A stretch of DNA of 64,000 nucleotides from Candidatus Omnitrophica bacterium UBA6253 (lineage in GTDB: Bacteria > Omnitrophota > Gorgyraeia > Gygaellales > Profunditerraquicolaceae). Of this stretch, positions 31,734 to 41,591 are shown one piece after another (position 1 is the first letter of the stretch; every line of letters begins with the position of its first letter). The notes beneath the pieces were generated by a model. That model worked only from the letters and a program-made list of their open reading frames with translations, had not been told where the DNA came from and did no database searches. Position numbers and translations under genes: made by a program. Location: NCBI GenBank assembly GCA_002441245.1, contig DJVP01000011.1:193722-257721 (forward strand). Direction: 5' to 3'.

Positions 31734-32233
31734 TTCAGGTTTATACGGGTAACGGCAAAGGCAAGACTACTGCGGCAATCGGTTTGGCCATAAGAGCTGC
31801 CGGCGCGGGTTTTAATGTCTATATCGGCCAATTTGCCAAAGGTAAATGCTATAATGAAATTAAAGCGTTAAAAAAGATCGGTAAAATTAAGGTTGAGCAA
31901 TTTGGCCGCCGCTGTTTTATAAAAAGCTCTCCTGAGAAAATTGATGTTCAAATGGCTTTATCAGGCCTGAAGCGGGTAAATGAAATTATCTCTGCAGGAA
32001 AATACCGGGTGGTTATTCTGGATGAAATTAATATTGCGGTAAAATTAAAACTAATACCTTTAAAAGGTTTGATGGAATTAATAAAACATACCCCCGGGAA
32101 CATTGAACTGGTGCTTACCGGCCGTTATGCCCATCCTAAAATCAAACAGTCAGCTGATTTAATCAGCGAGGTTAAAGAGAGGAAACATTATTACGCCAAA
32201 GGCGTCAAGGCCAGAAGGGGCATTGAATTTTGA
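31730..32233 (+). CDS. cobO: cob(I)yrinic acid a,c-diamide adenosyltransferase (CobO/BtuR family)
   Basis: GTG 31730 overlaps the upstream stop (GTGA); VIQVYTGNGKGKTTAAIG; ORF-track start 31664 would overlap by 70 nt. Confidence 0.8.
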   Translation: MIQVYTGNGKGKTTAAIGLAIRAAGAGFNVYIGQFAKGKCYNEIKALKKIGKIKVEQFGRRCFIKSSPEKIDVQMALSGLKRVNEIISAGKYRVVILDEINIAVKLKLIPLKGLMELIKHTPGNIELVLTGRYAHPKIKQSADLISEVKERKHYYAKGVKARRGIEF

Positions 32234-32235
32234 CA

Positions 32236-32916
32236 ATGGAAAAGATAATTTTTACCTGGAGCGGAGGTAAGGACAGCGCCATGGCTCTTTACGAATTACG
32301 GAAAGTTTATGGTTATAAGATTTTAGCTTTATTAACTACCGTAACAGATGGCTACGATAGGATCAGTATGCATGGTGTTCGTAATATACTTCTTGAACAG
32401 CAAATTGAATCCCTCGGTTTTCCGCTTGAGAAGGTTCATATAAGCAAGGATTCAACTAACAAGAAATACGAGACGGAAATGAAAAATGCGCTTTTGCGTT
32501 ATCAGGCTCAAGGTGTTTCATCAGTAGCCTTCGGAGATATTTTCTTAGAAGATCTGCGTAGGTATAGGGAGGACAATTTATCAAAAATAGGGTTGAAGGG
32601 TATTTTCCCTTTATGGAGAAGAAATACAACCATGCTGGCGCATGCGTTCATCGACCTGGGTTTTAAGGCAGTTATCACCTGTATTGATTCAAAATGCCTG
32701 GATAAATCTTTTGCCGGCAGAGTGTTTGATAAACAATTCTTATCCGAACTTCCTTTAGAAGTTGATCCTTGCGGCGAGAATGGGGAATTTCATTCTTTTG
32801 TTTATGGGGGGCCAATATTCAAGAGCCAGATACCTTATGAAAAAGGGGAAATTGTCTTTAAGGATAGCCGTTTTTATTACTGTGACTTAATGCCAATTAA
32901 CAAAACTTGCAGTTGA
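32236..32916 (+). CDS. Dph6/MJ0570-like PP-loop ATP pyrophosphatase domain protein
   Basis: about 226 aa; SGGKDS PP-loop; overlaps the cobO stop. Confidence 0.7.
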   Translation: MEKIIFTWSGGKDSAMALYELRKVYGYKILALLTTVTDGYDRISMHGVRNILLEQQIESLGFPLEKVHISKDSTNKKYETEMKNALLRYQAQGVSSVAFGDIFLEDLRRYREDNLSKIGLKGIFPLWRRNTTMLAHAFIDLGFKAVITCIDSKCLDKSFAGRVFDKQFLSELPLEVDPCGENGEFHSFVYGGPIFKSQIPYEKGEIVFKDSRFYYCDLMPINKTCS

Positions 32917-32930
32917 ATTCTAAAATTAGC

Positions 32931-32959
32931 TTGACATGAGAAGCAATTTGCATTAGTAT
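32931..32959 (+). promoter_or_regulatory. sigma70-like promoter (TTGACA-17-TAGTAT)
   Basis: TTGACA 32931-36; TAGTAT 32954-59; strong RBS AAAGGAGG before the 32987 start. Confidence 0.45.
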
Positions 32960-32986
32960 TACAAATAATAAAAGGAGGCAATAAAA

Positions 32987-33487
32987 ATGTTAGCGATTAG
33001 CCTGATTATCATTGGTATATTATTAAGATTCATTCCGCATACCGCGAATTTTACGCCGGTTGCGGCTATCGCCTTGTTTGCCGGAGTATATTTGAACAAA
33101 AGGCAGGCTTTAATTGTCCCGCTTTTGCTTATGGTTATAAGCGATATATTCTTAGGCATGCATAATGTGGTTATTTTTACCTGGGGGAGTTTTGTTTTAG
33201 TTACCCTTGTAGGCTCCTGGGCAAAGAATCATAAAACATTTAAGGGCATAGTTTCTACTTCGCTGGTTTCTTCATTTTTGTTTTATTTGATTACCAACTT
33301 TGGTGTTTGGGCTATGGGTTGGTATCCTCAGACCGCAAAAGGATTATTGGATTGCTATATCTTAGGGTTGCCGTTTTTACGCGTATTTTCAGTAGCTACG
33401 CTTTCATATGCGGTAGTATTCTTCGGTGCTTATGAACTTATCGCACGCAGAGTGCGTGATACAAAGTTAGCAAAAGTTCTTTTGTAA
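32987..33487 (+). CDS. small polytopic membrane protein (possible vitamin/ECF-type substrate-binding component)
   Basis: 166 aa; about 5 TM; own promoter and RBS; sits between cobO and the B12 riboswitch. Confidence 0.55.
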   Translation: MLAISLIIIGILLRFIPHTANFTPVAAIALFAGVYLNKRQALIVPLLLMVISDIFLGMHNVVIFTWGSFVLVTLVGSWAKNHKTFKGIVSTSLVSSFLFYLITNFGVWAMGWYPQTAKGLLDCYILGLPFLRVFSVATLSYAVVFFGAYELIARRVRDTKLAKVLL

Positions 33488-33494
33488 AGTTATA

Positions 33495-33764
33495 AGGTTA
33501 ACGTTGCTGGTTTAGGGAAGGCCGTGTGAATCGGTCGCAGTTCCCGCTGCTGTAAAAGAGGTCGAAATTCTCCGGAGGTTTGCCACTGGCTTAATAAAAG
33601 TCGGGAAGGCAGGAGAAAAGTAGGGTAAACTCTTAAGTCAGAAGACCTGCCTGCAACATTTGTCCAACTATTACTTTTAAACCCGCGGACAGGTTTAAGA
33701 GGGTTAGAAATCAGGGATGACCCTTAATGCTTTTAATTAAAGCGTTAAGGGTTTTTTATTTTAT
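33495..33764 (+). promoter_or_regulatory. cobalamin (B12) riboswitch with intrinsic terminator
   Basis: Aptamer core GGGAAGGCCGUGUGAAUCGGUCGCAGUUCCCGCUGCUGUAA; B12 box GCCACUG 33582-88 followed by GGGAAGGC; 10-bp terminator stem 33721-51 plus U-tract 33752-64. Confidence 0.82.
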
Positions 33765-33789
33765 GCAAGTCCGGGAAAATGGAGAAAAA

Positions 33790-35796
33790 ATGTTTCACAA
33801 TAGGTTAGCGGCAAGGTTTTTAGTTTTACTGGCAGTTGTCTTGGGAGGTTTTGTTTTTTCTTATGCTGCTGATGTGGATTTGGAGAAGATTGTAGTAACG
33901 CCGTATCGGTATGGGGAGAGTTTAGGAGATGTTCCCGCAAGCGTATCGGTTATAGATTCAGATCAAATAGCATTATCAGGAGCTTCCACAACAGTTGGTT
34001 TGCTATCGGATTTATCAGGCGTAGTGGTCAGGGATTGGACAGGTAATGGGTCTAAAGCTACCGTTGACATAAGGGGGTTTGGAGAACAGGCAGCTATGAA
34101 TGTCTTGGTTTTGGTTAATGGCAGGCGAGTAAATGAAATTGATTTGTCTGGAGTAAGTTGGACACAGATTCCATTGGATCAAATCGAGAGAATTGAAGTT
34201 TTAAAAGGCGGCTTTGGTTCTGTTCTGTATGGAGATAATGCCGTTAGTGGCGTTGTTAATATTATTACCAAACGTGGCAGCGATAAACCTATATCTGTAG
34301 AATTGACGGGAGAGTATGGTAGCTATTCTATGAATAAGGAGGGAATAAACCTAGGTGGAACTAAAAATAAACTTAATTATTTCTTTTCATATAGTAATAA
34401 CGCTACTAACGGATATAGGAATAATTCGTATTTTAAGGGAACCAATTTTTATACCAATCTTGATTATTTGCTTGAGCCTACCAATACTAATTTACGTTTT
34501 ACTCAAGGTTACAGTAAGTCAGAGTACGGTTTGCCGGGAGCGCTTTCCAGTGCGGATTTAGCCAAATTTAACCGTAGATATTCTGCTTATGGTGATGACC
34601 ATGCCAAGGATACCGATTATAATTTTGGATTAGGGTTTGATCAGCCTACGGGAGATTTCGGAAAATTTTCATTTGATACCTCTTTGCGTAGACGTCAGAC
34701 CTTTTCGAATTTTATCGGAGCTAATGGTGGATGGAATCCTATAGTTAAGTCTCATATTAATACAATTGGTTTCAATCCGAAATATGTTTTGAATAAAAGC
34801 ATCTTTTTGTTAGAAAATAAAGCTATTTTAGGCATGGATTTCTACCGATATGATTTTAATTCTGATACTTTTGACCTATCTGTGATTAAGCAAAGCGATA
34901 ATTATGTAAGAAAAATATCACAAGCTTTGTATTTTCAGGATGAAATTGCTTTAACTCAAAAGTTCACTCTTGCTGGGGGCTATCGCTATGAAGATATAAA
35001 ATATGATTTTAACTATAACGATTATTCTGTTTATTATCCTAATCCTTCTGTTGATTCAAAAGTAAGCTTAAAATCAACAGCTTATAACGTAGGACTCACG
35101 TATAAATATGATCAAGGCAATATTTATATTAACCATAGTAAAGGATTTCGTTCTCCGGCAACCGATGAATATTTTGTCTATGGAGTATTTAACCCGGAAC
35201 TTAAACAGCAGGATAGTAAGAACTATGAAATCGGCTTGCATCATAAGTTTTGTGAGTTTTTAGATATTAGTGTCTCTGGTTATATAATGAATCTAAAGAA
35301 TGAGCTTTATTATAACCCCGCTTCTTATACAAATGAGAATTATGATAAAACCCGGCACCAGGGTGTTGAAGCAGGATTCAATTTTAAGTTACCGTTGAGA
35401 ATAAGATTGAACGGTAGCTATACTTTTGACCAGGCAGTTTTTAAAGATGGTGAATATAAGGGGAAGGATATCCCTATGGTTCCGGCGCATAAGTTTAACT
35501 TTGGCCTCATGCATTTTTTTAATGATTTCCTATCATGCGGGGTCTCGTTTGATTATATGAGCAGTCGCAGGTTTATAAATGATGAGGCGAACAAGTGGCC
35601 AAGTTTGAAACAGATTCTTACGTTAGGAGTCAAACTTGCCTTTGAGAAAGATGGTTACAAGATATCCGGAGGAATAAATAATTTATTTAATGAAAAATAT
35701 TATGATTATGGCGTATGTAATTCTACATCAGGAGCGGTTAATTATTATCCAGCTTCCGGAAGAAATTTCTTTATTAAAGTCTCAAAGAAATTCTAA
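33790..35796 (+). CDS. TonB-dependent outer-membrane receptor (BtuB-like)
   Basis: Start ATG 33790 with GGAG RBS (track start 33727 lies inside the riboswitch terminator); signal peptide; plug domain; C-terminal F. Confidence 0.85.
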   Translation: MFHNRLAARFLVLLAVVLGGFVFSYAADVDLEKIVVTPYRYGESLGDVPASVSVIDSDQIALSGASTTVGLLSDLSGVVVRDWTGNGSKATVDIRGFGEQAAMNVLVLVNGRRVNEIDLSGVSWTQIPLDQIERIEVLKGGFGSVLYGDNAVSGVVNIITKRGSDKPISVELTGEYGSYSMNKEGINLGGTKNKLNYFFSYSNNATNGYRNNSYFKGTNFYTNLDYLLEPTNTNLRFTQGYSKSEYGLPGALSSADLAKFNRRYSAYGDDHAKDTDYNFGLGFDQPTGDFGKFSFDTSLRRRQTFSNFIGANGGWNPIVKSHINTIGFNPKYVLNKSIFLLENKAILGMDFYRYDFNSDTFDLSVIKQSDNYVRKISQALYFQDEIALTQKFTLAGGYRYEDIKYDFNYNDYSVYYPNPSVDSKVSLKSTAYNVGLTYKYDQGNIYINHSKGFRSPATDEYFVYGVFNPELKQQDSKNYEIGLHHKFCEFLDISVSGYIMNLKNELYYNPASYTNENYDKTRHQGVEAGFNFKLPLRIRLNGSYTFDQAVFKDGEYKGKDIPMVPAHKFNFGLMHFFNDFLSCGVSFDYMSSRRFINDEANKWPSLKQILTLGVKLAFEKDGYKISGGINNLFNEKYYDYGVCNSTSGAVNYYPASGRNFFIKVSKKF

Positions 35797-35811
35797 TAGT
35801 TAATAATTGGA

Positions 35812-35846
35812 GGGGGTGTTTCACATGAGTGAAACACCCCTTTTCC
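35812..35846 (+). terminator. Rho-independent terminator
   Basis: 12-bp perfect stem GGGGTGTTTCAC/GTGAAACACCCC, loop ATGA, then CTTTTCC. Confidence 0.75.
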
Positions 35847-35887
35847 CTATTTCTTGCAAGATTAGGCCCGCTATGATAAAATAAATC

Positions 35888-36568
35888 ATGAATTCTGACC
35901 GGATCTTGCAGCTTACTTTTGCTATTTCTATAGTTTTACACGGGGCATTGCTCATACGAAGCCCCGGATTGAACCCTTTTACCCCTGCTCCAAAAGAGCA
36001 AATGATAAAGGTGCGTTACATTAAGCTGGCTAAGCCTGACTTGACAAAAAAGCTCACCAAGCCCGATCCATTTTTAAGACTGGATTCAAAAATAGTCAAG
36101 AGATCTGCAAATAAAGGGGTTCCGCCACCCTACATTGAGAGAAAGAATGTTTTTAAGGGGGCTAAGGCTTTGGCAAATAAGTCCCCGGAATTGGCCAAAC
36201 CAACTTTTAGCACTCCTGATATCATAGCGATAAAAAAGAAGATTACCTTGCCTGAAATAGAGATGGCCCGGATTAATAACCCCAGCTATATAAGCTATTA
36301 TCAGATTGTCAGGGAGAAGATCCGCCGCAGCGCTTACCAAAACTATACCCATAATGAAACAGGCGAAGTTTATATCTCCTTTGTTATATCAAACGACGGT
36401 TACATCAAAGATGTGCATTTAATTGAAGCAAAGACATCTGCTAGCGATTACCTGAAGGGTATTGCTTCAAGAAGCGTTAAGGACGCTTCGCCATTTCCGA
36501 ACTTTCCCAAAGAGCTGGATTATCCCCGGCTTTCTTTCAATATTATCATTTCTTTTGAGATTGAATAA
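35888..36568 (+). CDS. TonB-like energy transducer (N-terminal TM, TonB C-terminal domain)
   Basis: 226 aa; [22 protein letters not shown] anchor; C-terminal domain [20 protein letters not shown]. Confidence 0.6.
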   Translation: MNSDRILQLTFAISIVLHGALLIRSPGLNPFTPAPKEQMIKVRYIKLAKPDLTKKLTKPDPFLRLDSKIVKRSANKGVPPPYIERKNVFKGAKALANKSPELAKPTFSTPDIIAIKKKITLPEIEMARINNPSYISYYQIVREKIRRSAYQNYTHNETGEVYISFVISNDGYIKDVHLIEAKTSASDYLKGIASRSVKDASPFPNFPKELDYPRLSFNIIISFEIE

Positions 36569-36589
36569 AAAATAGAACCTACCCCAATA

Positions 36590-36618
36590 TTGACACCCCC
36601 TTAAAAGAATGGTATATT
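36590..36618 (+). promoter_or_regulatory. sigma70-like promoter (TTGACA-17-TATATT) for rpsU
   Basis: TTGACA 36590-95; TATATT 36613-18. Confidence 0.5.
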
Positions 36619-36654
36619 AATTGCTTAAATTACAAACGAAAGGAGATGATCATA

Positions 36655-36816
36655 TTGTCACAGGTAGAAGTTAAAAAAGACGAGTCTTTCGAGTCCGCTT
36701 TGCGCCGTTTCAAGAAGAAGATTGAACAGGACGGCATTTTGCGGGAAGTCCGCGACCGCAAGCATTACGAAAAACCCAGCGAGCGCAAAAGAAAAAAAGC
36801 TAAATCCAGAAAATAA
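36655..36816 (+). CDS. rpsU: 30S ribosomal protein S21
   Basis: 53 aa (M)[52 protein letters not shown]; TTG start 9 nt after GGAG; not in ORF track. Confidence 0.8.
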   Translation: MSQVEVKKDESFESALRRFKKKIEQDGILREVRDRKHYEKPSERKRKKAKSRK

Positions 36817-36818
36817 GC

Positions 36819-37745
36819 ATGACTTTAGCAATATCTACCTCTTGGAATGCTTATCGTTTTGATGATGGAGAGAAATTGCTCTTTGAAATAAGCCAGCTTG
36901 GTTTTAAGGCTATTGAATTAAGCTTTAACCTTAGCCTTGAAATGGTGAATGAAATCGCATATTCAGCCCGCAGGCTTGCGATCAGCATTGAAAGCCTGCA
37001 TAATTATTGCCCTATCCCCGATGGATTGAACCGTAAACAGGCCTTGCCGGATTGTTATTCTCTTGCATCCTTGGATAGAGAGGAGCGTTTCCTGGCAGTA
37101 AAATATGCAAAATGCAGCATTGATACCGCTAACAGATTAGGTGCTAAGGTGGTTGTCTTACATTGCGGCAGGGTTGAAATCCCGGATTACACGCGCCAGC
37201 TGATTAATCTTTATGGTCAGGGTAAAAATAATGGCCCGGAGTTTCTGGGAATAAGAGAAAAGATGATCCGTGAGCGCGCTGCAGAAGCCGATAAGTTCTT
37301 AAAGCAAGCTTTAATCAGTATTGAAGAATTAAATGACTACGCGAAATTAAAGGGCGTGCTCCTGGGGATAGAAACACGCTTCTATTACCGGGAAATCCCA
37401 AATATAGACGAAATTGGAATTATACTTGATAAGTTCAGCAGCGACTCCCAGGTTTATTATTGGCATGATACAGGCCATGCCCAGCTAATGGAAAACTTGG
37501 GATTGTTAAGGCATGAGGATTTTTTGAAGCGGTATGGCTGTCGCCTGATTGGCGTGCATCTGCATGATATATTGGATTGTCAGGACCACCTTGCGCCTTT
37601 AGAGGGGCAAATAGATTTTTCTATGCTCAAGTCTTATTTAAAGCAAGGTATTTTGAAAGTTATTGAGGCGCATCATCCGGCGACCGCAGAGCAGTTAATT
37701 AAAAGCCGTAATTTTATATCCCAGGCTTATGATGAACCAATATAA
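36819..37745 (+). CDS. sugar-phosphate isomerase/epimerase (xylose-isomerase-like TIM barrel)
   Basis: 308 aa; AP_endonuc_2-like. Confidence 0.65.
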   Translation: MTLAISTSWNAYRFDDGEKLLFEISQLGFKAIELSFNLSLEMVNEIAYSARRLAISIESLHNYCPIPDGLNRKQALPDCYSLASLDREERFLAVKYAKCSIDTANRLGAKVVVLHCGRVEIPDYTRQLINLYGQGKNNGPEFLGIREKMIRERAAEADKFLKQALISIEELNDYAKLKGVLLGIETRFYYREIPNIDEIGIILDKFSSDSQVYYWHDTGHAQLMENLGLLRHEDFLKRYGCRLIGVHLHDILDCQDHLAPLEGQIDFSMLKSYLKQGILKVIEAHHPATAEQLIKSRNFISQAYDEPI

Positions 37746-38556
37746 TATACGAAGGCCTTGTGTAGCCGGGCAGTTTTATCCGGACGACCCGGATGAGCTT
37801 TCTAGCTTGATTTCTTCTTTTGTTGCTGGCAAGGTTACGCAAAAACAAGATGTATTAGGTTGTTTCCTGCCGCATGCCGGATATATTTATTCCGGCAGGG
37901 TGGCAGCCCAAACCCTCTCAGGGGTTAATATTAAAGATACGGTTATACTTTTAGGCCCTAATCATTCCGGAAACGGCCCGGCCTTTAGCCTGATGCATCA
38001 GGGTTATTGGCAAACTCCGCTTGGTAATATAGAGATTGATTCACGGTCGGCAAATTTGTTCCTAGACGGTTCGAAATACCTGAAGGCTGATACCTTTGCC
38101 CATGCGGATGAGCATTCACTGGAAGTAGAGTTACCAATATTGCAGTATTTTAGAAAAGACTTTAAAATTATTCCGGTTACTATTAAGACAGACGAATTAG
38201 GCATCCTTAAAATAGTCGCGGAAGAATTAGCTGGAGTAATTATCAAGAACAATCTTAAGGGATCAGTTATGTTTATTGCCAGTTCTGATATGACGCATTA
38301 TGAGCCGCAGAAAAGCGCGGAAAAGAAGGATGCCTTGGCAATAGAGGCAATAATTGCTTTAGACGAAGATAAACTTGATGCGGCTGTCAAGAGATTGTCT
38401 ATTTCCATGTGCGGTTTCGCTCCCGCTGTGGTTTTATTAAGGGCCGCCAGGCTTCTTGGGGCAAAAAAGGGAAAGTTAATTAAATATCAAACCAGCGGCG
38501 ACGCCAGCGGTGATACAAGCAGTGTTGTTGGCTACGCCGGAATCACAATCTATTAA
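37729..38556 (+). CDS. AmmeMemoRadiSam system protein B (MEMO1 family)
   Basis: 275 aa; CVAGQFYPDDP...FLPHAGYIYSG. Confidence 0.8.
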   Translation: MMNQYNIRRPCVAGQFYPDDPDELSSLISSFVAGKVTQKQDVLGCFLPHAGYIYSGRVAAQTLSGVNIKDTVILLGPNHSGNGPAFSLMHQGYWQTPLGNIEIDSRSANLFLDGSKYLKADTFAHADEHSLEVELPILQYFRKDFKIIPVTIKTDELGILKIVAEELAGVIIKNNLKGSVMFIASSDMTHYEPQKSAEKKDALAIEAIIALDEDKLDAAVKRLSISMCGFAPAVVLLRAARLLGAKKGKLIKYQTSGDASGDTSSVVGYAGITIY

Positions 38557-38559
38557 GGA

Positions 38560-38908
38560 AATGGACGAGATTAAAAAGAAGGTTGATGATGATTGGAAAC
38601 AAAAAGTAGAGAAGGAAAAACAGTCTCCAAAAGAGGAGGGTAAGTTTGTGCCACCTGAACCGGATTTTAAATTTTTTGTCACTACACTTGCCTTACAGGC
38701 TTCCATTGCCTTGGGGCATATGGCTAATCCGGAGACTAAGCAAACCCAAAAAGACCCTGTTCAGGCAAAATTTATTATCGACACATTAGGCATGTTGCAG
38801 GAAAAAACCAAAGGGAATTTGTCGCAAGAGGAAATTGACCTGGTAGAAAACCTGCTTTATGAATTAAGGGTTGCTTATCTTGCTCCGGAAAAAGAGGAGA
38901 AGAAATGA
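38560..38908 (+). CDS. DUF1844-like hypothetical protein
   Basis: ATG 38560 just after the Memo stop (MDEIKKKVDDDWKQ...); track start 38510 overlaps Memo. Confidence 0.5.
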
Positions 38909-39057
38909 TTGATAAAGAACTTATAGATATACTGGTTTGTCCAGCCTGTAAATCTGACGTTGAGTTAAAAGATAATAAAATTGTTTGTAAGAAATGCGGA
39001 AAAAGATATCCTGTGCGGGATGGTATCCCGGTAATGTTGATTGACGAGGCAGAATAA
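38905..39057 (+). CDS. Trm112/YcaR-like small zinc-ribbon protein
   Basis: 50 aa [50 protein letters not shown]; not in ORF track. Confidence 0.7.
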   Translation: MIDKELIDILVCPACKSDVELKDNKIVCKKCGKRYPVRDGIPVMLIDEAE

Positions 39058-39059
39058 CC

Positions 39060-39503
39060 ATGAAAAAGATATTAATTATCCATGGGCCTAATTTAAACCT
39101 TTTGGGGAAGAGAGAGCCGGCAGTTTATGGCCATGTGACTTTAGCGAAAATTAACCAGATGCTTAAGGCGCAGGCTAAAAAGGACAAGGTTATTTTAGTT
39201 ATCAAGCAGTCTAACCACGAAGGCGAGATTGTGGACCTGATCGGTAAAGCCGGGAAGAATAAATTCCAGGGTATTTTGATTAACCCGGCAGCTTATACCC
39301 ATACAAGTGTGGCTGTGCGTGATGCCATAGCCGCATGCGGATTAATTGTGGTAGAGGTACATCTTTCCAATATATATTCCCGCGAAGAATTCAGGCATAA
39401 GTCTTTGGTCAGTCCTGTGGCTGAGGGGACGATCATGGGTTTTGGGGCTAAGAGTTATAGCTTAGGTTTGGCTGCTATCCTTGATTTGATCGAGGTAAAA
39501 TGA
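39060..39503 (+). CDS. aroQ: type II 3-dehydroquinate dehydratase
   Basis: 147 aa; [13 protein letters not shown]. Confidence 0.92.
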   Translation: MKKILIIHGPNLNLLGKREPAVYGHVTLAKINQMLKAQAKKDKVILVIKQSNHEGEIVDLIGKAGKNKFQGILINPAAYTHTSVAVRDAIAACGLIVVEVHLSNIYSREEFRHKSLVSPVAEGTIMGFGAKSYSLGLAAILDLIEVK

Positions 39504-40558
39504 GTTCCCGTTTAAGGAATATATATTCCCAGCTTAGGCAGAGAAGGCTTGACGGTTTGCTTGTTTCTTCGCCCGCCAATATATCATATCTTGCTGAATT
39601 TCTAAGTCGTGATTCATATCTTTTAGTTTCTGAAAAGGAGAATATCTATTTTACTGATTCCCGCTATACCGAGGAAGTAAAGAGTTCCTTAAAAGGGGAG
39701 ATTAAGCTTAACGAATGCAATGGTTGGGTTTTTCAGCGTATTAGCGAAAGATCTTTGAGCTTGGGATTAAAAAGACTGGGATTTGAAGAAAGGCATTTGC
39801 CGTTTGCGGAGTACAATAAGATTAAGGAATCCCTCAACGGCCGCATCGAGCTTGTTCCTACGCACAGCATTGTTGAGGATAAAAGGCAGATCAAGGATGC
39901 TCAGGAGATCCAAAGGCTTAAGCAGGCAACCAGAATTACGGCTTTGGCCTTGGGGCATATTAAGAAGTTTATCGCCCCAGGGGTAAAAGAGATAGAGGTA
40001 GCCGCTGAGTTTGAGCGTTTCATAAGATATCATGGGTGCAACGCCCCTGCTTTTGAGATAATTGTAGCCTCAGGGGCTAACTCCAGCCAGCCGCACCACC
40101 TTTGCGGCCATAGGAGGCTAAGGGATAATCAGCCTGTGCTTATTGATTTAGGGGTTGATTATCAAGGTTACAAATCTGACTTGACAAGGGTCTTGTTTTT
40201 GGGTAAAATATCTCTTCTTGTGCGTAAGGTATATGACATAGTTCGTAAGGCGCAGGAATTGGCGATAAAAATGGTTCGGCCAGGCGCAGAAATGGCTGCA
40301 ATTGATAAAGTTGCGCGGGAATATATAGCTTCAAAAGGGTATGCAGGGTATTTTGCCCATAACCTTGGCCATGGGCTTGGTTTAGAGGTGCACGAGGATC
40401 CGCGTATCTCAGGCAATGAAGCCAGTGCAGTCAGGCCGGGGATGGTTTTTACGATAGAACCGGGTATATATTTACCTGGGAAATTCGGGATAAGAATAGA
40501 GGATATGATTTTAGTAACCAAGAAAGGATGTGAGGTCTTAAGTGGCGCTATCAATTAA
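39500..40558 (+). CDS. pepP: M24-family Xaa-Pro aminopeptidase
   Basis: 352 aa; [13 protein letters not shown]. Confidence 0.85.
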   Translation: MSSRLRNIYSQLRQRRLDGLLVSSPANISYLAEFLSRDSYLLVSEKENIYFTDSRYTEEVKSSLKGEIKLNECNGWVFQRISERSLSLGLKRLGFEERHLPFAEYNKIKESLNGRIELVPTHSIVEDKRQIKDAQEIQRLKQATRITALALGHIKKFIAPGVKEIEVAAEFERFIRYHGCNAPAFEIIVASGANSSQPHHLCGHRRLRDNQPVLIDLGVDYQGYKSDLTRVLFLGKISLLVRKVYDIVRKAQELAIKMVRPGAEMAAIDKVAREYIASKGYAGYFAHNLGHGLGLEVHEDPRISGNEASAVRPGMVFTIEPGIYLPGKFGIRIEDMILVTKKGCEVLSGAIN

Positions 40559-41108
40559 TGAAATCAAATCAGGGGTAACTGTCTTAGTGGATGACGTTGT
40601 TTATATTTGCGTTGACGCGCAACATGTTAAGCCCGGAAAAGGCGCGGCCTTTGTCCGTGCCCGGCTGCGTGACATGAAAACCAATAATATCCAGGAAAAA
40701 ACCTTCCGCGGTGAAGAAAAGATAGAACAGGCTTATGTGGAGGAACGTAAGCTGCAATATCAGTATTCAAGCGGTGGGATATTTCATTTTATGGATCAGG
40801 ATAATTTTGAAGAGATTGCTATATCTGATGAGATTATCGGGGATAAAGCTAGATTATTAAAAGATAACCTGGAGATTATGGGGTATTTTTTCAAAGGGGT
40901 TGCCTTATCCGTAACTTTGCCTAATTTTATTGAATTTAATATAGTTGAAACTGAGCCGGGTTTTAAGGGCGACTCATCAAAAAGCGGTAATAAGCCTGCT
41001 AAGGTGGATACTGGAGCAATCATACAGGTTCCTTTATTCATTAATGTGGGGGATAAAATTAAAGTAGATACGCGTACCGGCGGTACCTATGCTGAAAGGA
41101 TTAACTAA
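40542..41108 (+). CDS. efp: elongation factor P
   Basis: 188 aa; KPGKGAAFVRARL. Confidence 0.93.
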   Translation: MALSINEIKSGVTVLVDDVVYICVDAQHVKPGKGAAFVRARLRDMKTNNIQEKTFRGEEKIEQAYVEERKLQYQYSSGGIFHFMDQDNFEEIAISDEIIGDKARLLKDNLEIMGYFFKGVALSVTLPNFIEFNIVETEPGFKGDSSKSGNKPAKVDTGAIIQVPLFINVGDKIKVDTRTGGTYAERIN

Positions 41109-41121
41109 AAGGAGCTCTTAA

Positions 41122-41580
41122 ATGAACATCAAGGAAATCAAAGAAATGATTAATCTGATGAATGAAAATGGCCTTGTTGAGCTGGAAGTGGAAAAGGATG
41201 ATATGCGTATTCGGCTTAAGAAAACGGCCAATGGTATTGAAGGTTTTAACGGGCCGGTAGTATTCCAGGGGCATAATATTCCTATGCCTCAAGATAAAGC
41301 TCAGAGTGTACCTGTGGTAGAAGAAAAGAGCGTAGTTAAAGCTGTAGAGATTAAAGCCCCTATGGTAGGAACCTTTTACCGTGCTCCCAGCCCGGAATCT
41401 CCTGCTTATGTTGAGGTAGGGCAGGTTATTGAGCCGGGACAGGTAATTTGTATTATAGAAGCAATGAAGTTAATGAATGAAATAAAGTCAGAGATTAAAG
41501 GTAAGATTCTTGAAATATTGGTTGATAACGCTGAGCCGGTAGAATTTGGCCAGTCTTTATTCCTTATTGATCCGCTCTAA
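41122..41580 (+). CDS. accB: acetyl-CoA carboxylase biotin carboxyl carrier protein
   Basis: 152 aa; EAMKLMNEI biotinyl-lysine motif. Confidence 0.9.
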   Translation: MNIKEIKEMINLMNENGLVELEVEKDDMRIRLKKTANGIEGFNGPVVFQGHNIPMPQDKAQSVPVVEEKSVVKAVEIKAPMVGTFYRAPSPESPAYVEVGQVIEPGQVICIIEAMKLMNEIKSEIKGKILEILVDNAEPVEFGQSLFLIDPL

Positions 41581-41591
41581 AGTTATAAAAG

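Noticed and set aside
33727-33789. ORF-track start at 33727 for the TonB-dependent receptor
   Set aside because: This stretch forms the riboswitch terminator hairpin and U-tract. ATG 33790 has a GGAG RBS and starts a typical signal peptide.
35825-35887. Tiny ORF starting at the ATG in the loop of the terminator hairpin downstream of the TonB-dependent receptor
   Set aside because: It starts inside a terminator stem-loop with no RBS; most likely non-coding.
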